NCBI GenBank assembly: GCA_964016885.1
Contig: OZ024743.1
Span: 19,840,001-19,904,000, forward strand
Direction: 5' to 3'
Length of the DNA: 64,000 bases
Origin: Eledone cirrhosa
Taxonomy: Eukaryota
The position numbers and the translations under genes were made by a program. Position 1 is the stretch's first letter. Each line of letters starts with the position of its first letter. This document shows positions 53,640 through 64,000 of this stretch, in pieces. A model generated the notes under the pieces. It searched no databases. It was not told the DNA's origin and saw nothing but the letters and a program-made list of their open reading frames with translations.

Positions 53640-53817
53640 CATTGAAGCCCATACCCTCGCAAGAGAATGAGAGAGAGGAAGTAAGAAAGACATAGATGTG
53701 AATCAAACCTAGTACCACACTGGTACATTTATCGACCTGGAAAAGGTGAAAGGCAGAGTTGACCTAGATGACATAAGAACTCGGACAATGCAGGAAACCG
53801 AAACGAATAGCCTAAAG
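53640..53817 (-). mobile_element. SINE (second family) split by a hAT insertion; continues at 55765-55810
   Basis: actggtacatttatcgacc..aaaggtgaaaggcagagttgacct...cctaaag resumes as cattctatccgacgctctaaagattcagcc. Confidence 0.65.
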
Positions 53818-55756
53818 TACTGGTTAGTAAGCTGACGTACCAGTCCCCAAAAAATTGCGAGATTCAGTTCTTGGGGTGCAAGTTGAGGTCCAGAAAGACA
53901 ACTTTTATTTTTGTTTTACTTCTCATCATTCAGTGTTTCACAGCTTTCCATTTGTTTCTACTTCTTAAATACAATTGTATTTTTTTTATTATTTATGATT
54001 TATTACTTAGTTGCTAATGTGATTTGTGGTATAGTAATTTTTATTTTCTTTCCAGATAGTAGTCCTATAATGTCCAAGAAGAGAAAGTGGAACGATGATC
54101 ACAATCGTTTTGGCTTTGTCTGTATAACCGAAAAGATACGAAAGAAAGGTTTCAGTGCTTTATCTCTTCAGTGATATTTTCGAATGAACTTAAAGCTTTC
54201 TAAATTCAATGTACTCTTCAATAGAGCACATGTTGGCACTGAGGCTGGAAACGGTAAAGGAAAGCACGTTTTGATCGTCAAGGAATACTACCGAATTTAG
54301 GATTTGTACTATCTAGAAAGGCTCTCCTTGAAACATCCTATAAAATTGTTTATCTGGTGGTTAAGAGTTAGTTAAATCTTTTATCCTTGAAGTTGCCAAG
54401 ATCATTCTGAGGAAAGATGCGGAAAGGAAGGTGGCACATGTATCGATGTCTAACGATGTAATCAGGAACAGAATATTTTATATGAGCCAGGATATATTGG
54501 AACAGGTGATATCAAGACAAGCTCTGTTGATATAGAATTGCAAGTAAACGAATTTACAAATGTTTCTCATTGTAGCCAACTGCTTACTCTCGTCTGTTAT
54601 GTCAAGAATGAAGAAATCTTGGAACGCATTATATTTTGTGAACAGCTGAAGACCACCATTATAGCACAGGATGTATTCGACCTGGTAGAAGAATGTTTCT
54701 CGAAATATTGGTTGGATATGAATGCCATTGGTCCCATCTGTATTGATAGCGCTTCTATAATGCTCGGAAATATATCTGGATTCACAGCCCTCTCGAAAAA
54801 GAAAGTTCATGAGGTCCGTGTCACACATTATCTGCTTTATCAACATGCATTAGCAGAGAATACTTTACCACAAAGTCTGCAAGAGGTTTTGTCAGTTTGT
54901 GTGAAGATTATTAACTCAATTAGAGAAAGTTCCCATTTATTTCAAGCATTTTGTGAAAGCACTGATGCCGAACACACTGTTCTCCTGTACCCCACAGAGG
55001 TAAGATGGTTATCCCGTGGGCGTATCTTGAAACGTATATTTGAACTTCCTGTGGAGATCAAGTCATTTTTAAAGTAACAAAAGCTGATCTCTGCAGTTTG
55101 TTCGGTTCTCTAGAATTTGTGCAAATGTTTGCACAGACTGACATGTTTATTCGATTAAATGAACTGAATATTTCCCTCCAAATAAGTAATATAAACATTG
55201 GTATTGCACATGAAAAGGTGGCTTCCTTCAAAGATACCATTCCACTGTGGATGAGAGATAATTAGAAGGGAAATTTGGCCATGTTTCCATAGTTTGAAGT
55301 TGTTGAAGAAGATGAGTTACTACCTCCAGACGTTGTAACAGCAATACTGCACCTTCAGCAGCTTTTGAATGCCTTTGATGGATGTTTCTCAGTGGAAAAT
55401 TTGGAAGCCTACGACCATTGGATAAGGAACCTGTTTCTGTTTCAGCTAATTAACATACCTGATCAAAATCCTTTGCCTCGCTCTCAGCAAAAAGGAACCC
55501 CGTGTTTCAAATATAATTGAAAAGAAGTAAGAACAGAAGTCACATTAAAATTTAAAATATTTTTATTCGAAAATTTCTGTTATTTTCAAACATTTGTATT
55601 TATTAATCACTGTAGTTAATTAAATATAGCAGCTAAGTAGCTGATAATTTGACCTGAAAATTTACGTTATTTTGTCTTATGCGCTTGGCCAAAGGGTTAG
55701 GATGGAATTTCAAAATCTCAGGGAGTGCCGCAAAAGAAAAAGGTTAAGAACCACAG
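53818..55756 (+). mobile_element. hAT-Charlie/Buster transposon relic with decayed transposase
   Basis: MSKKRKWNDDHNRFGF at 54070, then (ORF 54538-55077) CSQLLTLV.YV, IFCEQLKTT, HYLLYQHALA, TEVRWLSRGRILKRIFEL. Right TIR aaggttaagaaccacag; 8-bp TSD gcctaaag / ccctaaag. Confidence 0.88.
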
Positions 55757-57462
55757 CCCTAAAGCATTCTATCCGACGCTCTAAAGATTCAGCCAAATCG
55801 CTGCCATCTTCAATATATTACTGGCAATGTACCAATCCGTCATAAAAATGAAACGCAAAACCGAGTCCAGCTGATTTTAAACTAATTGCGGGCATTCCAT
55901 CCAGTTCCTCTCCTATTTATGGCGGTATTATATGATTTGAAGGAGATTTCGCTACTATTTCGAACAGGCCTAGTGACACGAGATAGAGGTGTCTTGATTG
56001 AATAGTTGTAAATTATGTAATTCTATATTAATAGGTCTAGAGTATTACCACTACCTTTGTTTCAAAACAAAATACTGTAGAAAATGATACTTAGTTTTTC
56101 TTTCGGTCGTCTTATTTCCCACAGATCTTCATTTCAACTTTCTTGTCAATTATTTCCTGTGTATAACTAGATTTTTTCTCAACAATTGCATTTCATAATA
56201 ACATTTCACACACCAATAAACAATATCTTTAACAATAGTTCTGCTAATAACATGTATTTACTTACGCACCAATACTTTTCAGCTGACACAGTTTCTATCT
56301 AACTTTTAACATCTAACATATTTTGCGTTTCGCTTACTGGAAAACAGGCTAGTTAAATATGTTGACGTAGGAAAATAAAACTTCTGAAAATATAATTAGC
56401 AAAAGATGCTGACAATGTTAGTTTAATACATTTAAAAGTTAGTTTCTAAATAGATAACGCACCGAAGAAAACAAAGTATTTCGTCGTGCTCAAAACAATC
56501 ACTGTGTAAACAATAAAGATTCACAACAAATTATTTTCTGTAAAAAAAAAAAAAGAATGATAAATACGGACGACAAATTTCTTCAAGCGCACACATAAAT
56601 ATTCATTTATTTCAAGTACACATATGGATCATTTTACTTCAACAAATCGTGATTACTATACAATGAAGAACAATATATCTCCAGTAATCCATGTTCACAA
56701 TACAACAGCGAATCCTAGGTAAGCTGTTATTTTTAGCTGACACCGCTAATTCTGTAGGGAAAGTGTTTTACGCAAAGGTGTGTTCGATTTGCTTCGCAAT
56801 ACATTTTTCCTCAAAATAAGTTCTACTACGAAACTAAAAGTATGGGACTGCAGTGTGATCATTGCTAAGTGGTATCACAGCTTGGAAAACAATATATTCT
56901 GCAAATTCACCCAGTTTGACATTGTGAACATTTATCGAGTGATCTCAATTTCTTTTTCTTTTATGAATTACCTGCATTTTGAGAAAGTTTGGTATTTTTT
57001 TTTTTTTTTTGTATTAACACGTACATTGAACTCCAATCTATTTCAATTAAATTAAATGTAAAATATGATTAAACTGTCAATAAGGAAACGAAAAGAAAGG
57101 AACAGAAGAAAAGAAAAAGGAATTAAGCAACGACAGAAAGGATGAGGGTGAACAGACAGACTCTACACCCCAGTCTGAGCTGTGTTTCAGCTGCGCCCCG
57201 CGGAGAAGATGACAAAGGCATTGCCGTGGAGAATGGACAGTGAGACGCCCTGCAACAGCTACCCCACATCACGGGACTCCTTCCTCCTCAGACGGGCTGC
57301 TGTCTTTCTGATTTTACAGAAGAAATCAACTGACAAAATATATGACAAAAACATGTGTACGTAAACAGTATAAGATTAACCAAATTTTCGTGAATACGTA
57401 TGTGAGTACTCACATTATGTATATAGACATGTGTTTTCCTGTAGTTGTTTGATGATATATAC

Positions 57463-57780
57463 CAGAGGTGGATTTAGACTGGGTGGAGGACTTAATGTTA
57501 TGGGGGGCTGGGGCACTTCAGATTTATTGGGGATGGGGTTATACAGAAAAAATTAGAATACACAGCAAACAACCCAATTTTACATATCAAAATTAGCTTC
57601 TTGCAATTAATTGGAATTGAAACGTAATACATACAAGTATTAAATTCAAATATTCTAACCATCCTGAAACTAAAAAGCCCAGTTGTGAGCACAAATAATT
57701 GCTACGGCCGTCACTGGTACCCCTTCGTTGCATGTGGCCCGGGGAAATTTCCGATTTGGCCCCCATTAAATCTGACCTAG
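57463..57780. mobile_element. Possible decayed hAT-type MITE
   Basis: Imperfect TIRs cagaggtggattta / taaatctgacctag; flanks atatatac / atgtagac (6/8). Confidence 0.4.
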
Positions 57781-58003
57781 ATGTAGACATCTTCTGATAA
57801 AACCCTAAAAAGAATCTAAATCTATTAAAGATATTCATGGTTTTCTCAATGAACAGACAAATACGTAACATTGACATTTTATCATGTCTATACATAATAT
57901 GTGTATATTCATAAATACATTTACAGTATACAGATATGTATTTATCATTTATTTCGGCTTCGTGCTTTAATCTATATATGCATGTATACAAACTATATGT
58001 ATG

Positions 58004-58059
<56 letters not shown>

Positions 58060-58060
<1 letters not shown>

Positions 58061-58813
58061 GGAAAAAATGAAACGAAATTTCATTTCCCACTCTTAGTAT
58101 GGCTGTTACTTAAATATAAATATGTACACGTACATACATATATGTATACAGACGTACAGTAGTATGTATATATACACACGTGCACACATATATTTGTCAG
58201 TGTTGAACAAACGAGCAACGATAGTTGCTAGACACTACGGCTTAATACGGGATGTTTGTTTACAAACACACCGAGCATTATAATAAATGTTCGGTGAATC
58301 CATACGTACATATATATATGTGTGCATGTGTGTATATATATATATATACATACTACTGTACGTCTGTATACATATATGTATGTACGTGTACATACTTATA
58401 TTTAAGTAACAGCCGTACTAAGAGTGGGAAATGAAATTTCGTTTCATTTTTTCCGATATCGTTTTCGATGCACCCGGCCGATTAACCCACTCGATATGCA
58501 AATTGGGCTACTCAGCCGTTAATATGCATAAGGTAAGTATATACGTTCAACAATCTGGCAGGAAGGTATACGTTGCTGACGATAGCTAATAAGCTTGAAA
58601 CTAGTACAGCGTTCCTTTGTCAGTGTTGAACAAACGAGCAAGGATGGTTGCTAGACACTACGGCTTAATACGGGATGTTTGTTTACAAATACACCGAGCA
58701 TTATAATAAATGTTCGGTGAATCCATACGTACATATATATATGTGTGCATGTGTGTATATATATATACATACTACTGTACGTCTGTATACATATATGTAT
58801 GTGCGTGTACATA

Positions 58814-58820
<7 letters not shown>
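58060..58820 (+). mobile_element. Non-coding 423-bp-unit hammerhead element (1.5 tandem units + 5' inversion)
   Basis: 58193-~58400 repeats at 58616-58820 (period 423). 58060-58192 is an inverted copy of ~58312-58456. Hammerhead at 58570-58612; (TA)n flanks. Confidence 0.8.
58570..58612 (+). ncRNA. Minimal type I hammerhead ribozyme
   Basis: ACGUUG-CUGACGA-U AGCU aaua AGCU U-GAAA-CUAG-UA-CAGCGU. Stem I 6 bp, palindromic ACUAGU stem III, GUA triplet; predicted cut after 58606. Confidence 0.82.
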
Positions 58821-58906
<86 letters not shown>

Positions 58907-58910
58907 AGGA

Positions 58911-60164
58911 GGTGAGTAATATTGTAGAACAATAAAACTATGCAAATATCAGATAACTAGCACTCAACAGTTGGTACAACTGGAGTATATATTAAAGAAG
59001 AAATGATAAGATGGTTAAAAAAGTTCATAATATTTTATTATGCGCATTTCGAAAACAACATCATCCTGGGACAAAAATTGTGTTCTCATCAGATAAAATA
59101 AGGTAACATGATATGAGGCCTAAATATACTTGTGAACAAGAAAGTGTTCAGTCTACATATGACAAAAATATAAGAGTAAGAGAAAAATAGGAAAAATAAA
59201 GAAAAGGAAAGAAGAAGGAAAAAGGAAAAAGAAATAGAAGAGAGAAAAAAAGAAAGAAAGAAGGATGAGAGAAAAAAGAGATAGAGATAGAGAGAGACTT
59301 TTTATCAGGAACGCTGTCAAAATGAAAACAGCTGTAAATAACAGCTAAAAGAATAAATAAATTAATTGATGAGGTGTATGTGCGAATATTACAAATATTA
59401 GAGGTCTAGAATATAGAAACTGGGTATATTATTTTATATACTAAAAATTGGATTAAGACGTGTAAAAATGTATTATTGAAATAAAATAAAATAAAATTAA
59501 ATTAAATTAAATTTAAATAATTATAAAAAGGTTTAAAAAAAAAGGATTTTAAAATAAAATAAAATAAAATAAAATAAGATAGAATAGAATAAAAAATAAA
59601 AATAAAAATAAGAATAGTCTATGTATGTCATAATTAAAAATTAGTATTAAAAGTCTATATATGGGGTATACTATTTAATTATTATTTTATATCAACAAGT
59701 AAATAAAGGAAATTGCTAGAAAGGTTTATAAACGTAGAAAGATATATGACGTCATAGTTTGTTTACAAAATCTACGAAGGTTTGAACGAAAATTTAAGGC
59801 TATAGATAAAAGAAAGGTGAAAGGCTTAAGAGAAAAAAAGGTGAAAGGCTTAAAATATGATGGGAAAACTGAGTTAATACATTGTAGAATATAATGAAAT
59901 ATGTGTGAAAAAAAGTGTGTGAAAAAATATATTTGTAAAAAATATGTATGTATAAAGAATTAACCGTTATTCGTGGAATATGTTATAGGACATTAGCTGT
60001 ATACTTTGTGAAAGGTCTTGAAAGATTTATGATTACAAAGTCCAAATAAATCTGTACGTCTATTTATTAAAGAGTTGAAATTCGAGATAATGGTAATATT
60101 TTCAGCTAGACATAAATTACAAACCCTAGATATCTAGGGTTTGTAATTTATGTCTAGCTGAAAA
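58911..60164 (-). mobile_element. Penelope-like element 3' fragment with 5' snap-back
   Basis: Minus strand CNLCLAE...LINRRTDLFGLCNHK (GIY-YIG C-terminus, ~60020-60125), long 3' UTR, terminal hammerhead, and perfect 66-bp palindrome 60099-60164 at the truncation point. Confidence 0.8.
59031..59100 (-). ncRNA. Type I hammerhead ribozyme
   Basis: UAUUUUAU-CUGAUGA-GAACACAA...UUGUUUUC-GAAA-UGCGCA-UA-AUAAAAUA. Perfect 8-bp stem I, G-C closing stem II, palindromic stem III, AUA triplet. Confidence 0.88.
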
Positions 60165-60171
60165 ACCCATA

Positions 60172-60207
<36 letters not shown>

Positions 60208-60210
<3 letters not shown>

Positions 60211-60400
60211 AGAATATTTTCGGAACAGCGAGCGGGTTTGAAATTATTATAAATGTAAGCTATCGCCGTAAATTAAACAAATTATTTAGCCTAATAGTGG
60301 GATTAAGAACCCTCGGAGAAATGGAAGAAGATGAGTATTGACGTAGATGGGAGTCGAACCTACATCTTTGGTTATCCAGACCACTGTGCTACCATTTACA
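60208..60400 (-). mobile_element. tRNA-headed SINE-like insert
   Basis: Minus strand gtgtaaatggtagcac...ggttcgactccc (A/B-box-like) followed by a unique tail ending in (TA)n; not a complete cloverleaf. Confidence 0.5.
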
Positions 60401-60429
60401 CACACACACATATATATATATGTATATAT

Positions 60430-60485
<56 letters not shown>

Positions 60486-61187
60486 TGCCGTGTATGCAAA
60501 AAACAACCAGAGACCATTGACCATATAATTTCAATGTGCAGTCCTATAGCTCCAACCGAATACCTAAACAGGCATGACAGAGCTGCACAATACATACATT
60601 GGATAATGTGTAAGCATTTTGACCTGCCCCATCAAAAGAATTGGTGGGAGCATCAACCACCTCCCATACTTGAAAAAGATCACATCTCAATCTTGTGGAA
60701 CTTTAGCATCCAAACAGACCGAAAAATAGATGCAAATAGACCTGATATAATATTGAAGGACTTTCAAAGGAGGGTATGCCTGCTAATTGATATGTCTGTT
60801 CCAATAGACAAGAATGTATCTATAAAAACATTTGAAAAATTGAGCAAGTATAAGGACCTGGAGATAGAAATTGGAAAAATGTGGAAATTGAGAACTAAAA
60901 CAATACCAGTGGTTGTAGGCGCTCTGGGAATGATACCTAAGGGGTCTAACGACTACTTATCGCAAATCCCAGGAAACCCGCGTATAGGAGAAATACAAAA
61001 GATAGTACTAATGGGAACTGCCCATATACTAAGGAAGATCCTGTCAATATAAGTACATCACAAGTCTAAACACTAAGGATGCATGTGTGAATATGTGTGT
61101 TCTTTCTTGAACATGGCGGACCTTGTTGTCTCTTGAGGTCACTGGTTGTGACTTGGTGATAACTCGTATAAACATAAAGCAAGATAA
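60486..61187 (+). mobile_element. R4/Dong-like RLE non-LTR retrotransposon 3' fragment
   Basis: CRVC..ETIDHIISMC (CCHC), RHD, RPDIIL, LIDMSVP, EKLSKYKDL (PD-(D/E)xK nuclease). ORF open to 61052; (AAT)n on both sides. Confidence 0.92.
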
Positions 61188-61210
61188 ATGCAAATAATAA
61201 TAATAATAAT

Positions 61211-62208
61211 AGGTCTTATCAGCATAGAGGACTGTGTTCAGATGGAGAAAAACAACCTATACAAATACGTGACCTATAGTAAGGAGCCAATGCTCAGAAC
61301 TGTACTGAAGGAGGGGAGAGTAGGCCAGGGGATGTCCAAGGAGGAAATAACATCAAGGAGGAAGAGCAGCCTTAAGGGAAAATCCCTTCATAGTACCTTC
61401 TTTGAGAAAACTGAATTTAGAGATCCACAGACATGGAACTGGTTGAGAAGAGGAGACCTCAAAAAGGCTACAGAAGGAATGCTAATGGCTGCGCAGGAGC
61501 AGGCCCTCAAAACGAAGTGGTTGAAGCACCATATTTACAAGGAGGAGGCTAGCCCACTGTGCAGGATCTGTGGAGAGAGAGAGGAGACTGTGGCTCACAT
61601 TGTGTCCGAGTGTAAACACCTAGCCCAGACCCACTATAAGGGCTGGAGACACGATGTGATGGGCAGGGTGATCCACTGGCACCTGTGCAAAGTAAACAAT
61701 TTACCACATTCTGAGAAATGGTATGAGCATAGGCCAGAGGCGGTGATGGAGAACAATCAGGTGAAGGTGCTGTGGGATTTTAGGATACAGACGGACAAAA
61801 AACTGGAACACAATAGACCTGACCTGGTGGTTGTGGACAAAGAAAAAAGATCGTTTCTGATTGTGGATGTGGCCTGCCCTTTCGACACGAGAGTGCAAGA
61901 GAAGGAGAGGGAGAAAATTAACCGATACCAGGACCTAAAGTGGGAGGTGAAAAGGATTTGGAACTGCCATGAAGTCAAAGTGATCCCGATTGTCATAGGC
62001 GCACTGGGGACTATCTCCAAAAGTTTCCAGGGATGGTTAAAGAAAATCGGCCCCTTCACGCTTTTTGGAACGCTTCAAAAGGCATGCTTGCTTGGAACAG
62101 CAAGAACCCTCCGATACGTCCTGAATATCTGAGGCTGCAGGTAGTGGCTTGATATTCATTCCAACGGACTTTCCAGTTAACCAACATCAATGACTGAGAT
62201 TCAAGGAA
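61211..62208 (+). mobile_element. Second, distinct R4/Dong-like RLE retrotransposon 3' fragment
   Basis: GLISIEDCV, AAQEQAL, CRIC..ETVAHIVSEC, RHD, RPDLVV, VDVACP, EKINRYQDL. ORF open to 62132; followed by (AAC)/(AAT)n. Confidence 0.93.
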
Positions 62209-62781
62209 TAACAACAATAATAATAATAATAATAATATATAGTAATAATAATAATATATATATATATAAAAATTAGCTCTACATGAAGGAGCCGACAAAT
62301 ATATATTCAGTTAATTTTTATTGTCCTGTCAGCCAGGCTGCTATTTTTAGCGGCAGGAAATTTCGAGACAAGCTGGGTTCCGGATGACACGTGCGATAAT
62401 TCATATCGTACACAATTCATTCTCTAATATTTTTAGAAGTGAAAGGATCACTAATTTCTCAACAACTACTGAGGAGCAGAGAAATGTGAGAACTTTACTT
62501 AATAAGTCGTTGTGAAACAGTCTCCAACACTGTCTAGTTGTTACCAGGCATTTTTGCCCAATATAAGTCTGATATTTTTCTTTATTTTTCTTAATTTAAT
62601 TTTTAAAGTTAAGGATAACAAACTATATTGCTGTAGTTAGTATTTTTTCATCCTAGCAAATTTTGGTCCTTACGATTCGAACACATGTATGTTTATATTA
62701 GTGTTCATCTCTCTTGTTTATTCAATTATATTGTACGGCTCGGAAAAGCTTTTTCTTAGAGCTATAGAGCTATTTAATTGT

Positions 62782-62819
<38 letters not shown>

Positions 62820-62823
<4 letters not shown>

Positions 62824-64000
62824 ATAATAATAAATTTGAAGACTAAAATCCAAAGAGGGCTCGATAAGGATAAATATATATCAAATATATAAGAACCGCA
62901 GAGCAAATATTTATTAAAATAACAGATTAAAGTTTAAGCAAAGAATCGGTGCTTTCACCCTTAACGGGATCTTTTGAAACTAACAAAGTCAATCTGTAAA
63001 CGCAGAAGTGGATATTTCAAAAAACGTTGCAACCGGAGGAAAACAGGAAGACGATACTTTGGTTCGTGGAAACGTTCGCTGGCAAAGAACGGGAAAAAAC
63101 TAATATAATACGTCATTAATAGGAGCAGTGAAAAACTATTACGCGCAAAGACAGAACCACGTTTATGGTATAAAAGAGGTCGTAGACTAATGTTCTCTTA
63201 GGTGGTGCATAGAGACGTTCTCTGGCAATGAACGAAAAAAACGAAGATAATACGTCATATGTGGAGCGTGGAGAACAATAGCACGCAAAGACAAAACCAC
63301 GTAAATGGTATAGCAGAATGCGTAGACTAAAATTCTAACTTGGAGACCGAATGAATCTCCGCTACAGAGTTAAGAACAAAGTAAATAAATACAATACAGA
63401 AGTAATATAAATAAATAAATACATACATGCAAACAAATACGTACATACACAAGCATACGCAGAACACTTACCATCGGTATACAAAACCACGCACACATAA
63501 ATATGTGTGTGTGTGTATGCGTGTATACAAATAAATAAATAATTATATAAACGTATATAAATAAATAAATACGTATATAACAAGCGCACACACATACCTA
63601 CATGTAAATACACGAATGTTCAGAGACGTAAGTCAACCAAAACATAAAGTACACATATACACACACCCTACATACGCACGAACCTGAATACTCACACAGA
63701 CGCAAAACTCCCGTATGCACATAACCATACCATATGTACCAGAATATATAAAAATATACGCCATAACATAAACAATCAAATATACGTACGAGAAGGTATA
63801 CGTACCTTCACAAAACATACGGGTAAAATATACTTACCTATGCAAATAAGTAATGGTATAAACAAAACATACTTAGCTCCCACATGAAGACGTAAAATAT
63901 CCACGTATAAATTGTACTATCCGTTAGGGTATAACGTGGGGCTGTAATACAGGAAAGTTTTGTGCAATTTATGTTTACAAGCCGAAATTGCCTCAGATTT
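62820..64000 (-). mobile_element. Penelope-like element 3' end running off the window
   Basis: Minus strand at the window end reads KSEAISACKHK (GIY-YIG C-terminus). Terminus is shared with 31739 and 38910; an imperfect internal duplication lies at ~63075-63330. Confidence 0.65.
62931..62981 (-). ncRNA. Decayed or variant hammerhead-like fold
   Basis: AGUUU-CAAAAGA-UCCC guuaa GGGU-GAAA-GCA..UGC-UU-AAACU. All three stems form, but the core is CAAAAGA rather than CUGANGA. Confidence 0.4.

Noticed and set aside
60330-60400. Functional tRNA gene
   Set aside because: The 5' acceptor strand is replaced by (TG)n and the stems are incomplete; treated as a SINE head.

Overview
AT-rich, microsatellite-laden animal genomic DNA. 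The tRNA-derived SINE families and (TA)n/(TACA)n density suggest a cephalopod (Octopus-like); this is an inference, not a database result. No intact host gene is evident. Nearly all ORFs in the track are microsatellite translations or transposon fragments, apart from one weak candidate terminal exon near 57.3 kb on the - strand. The window is a transposon graveyard: Penelope-like elements (PLEs, RT + GIY-YIG), a Tx1-clade LINE, R4/Dong-like RLE retrotransposons in (AAT)n, RTE LINE relics and a repeated ~610-bp internally deleted RTE derivative, a two-LTR Gypsy-like relic, hAT-Charlie, Tc1/mariner and Academ-like DNA elements, and many SINEs. The most striking signal is RNA-structural. There are five core-intact and four decayed minimal type I hammerhead ribozymes with short, mostly palindromic stem III. 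Two lie in small non-coding elements (423-bp and 480-bp units) built as inverted 5' segment + monomer starting just downstream of the ribozyme cleavage site + ribozyme + partial second copy + (TA)n. These are candidate PLE-mobilised, retrozyme-like self-cleaving RNA elements. All alignments and folds were done by eye.
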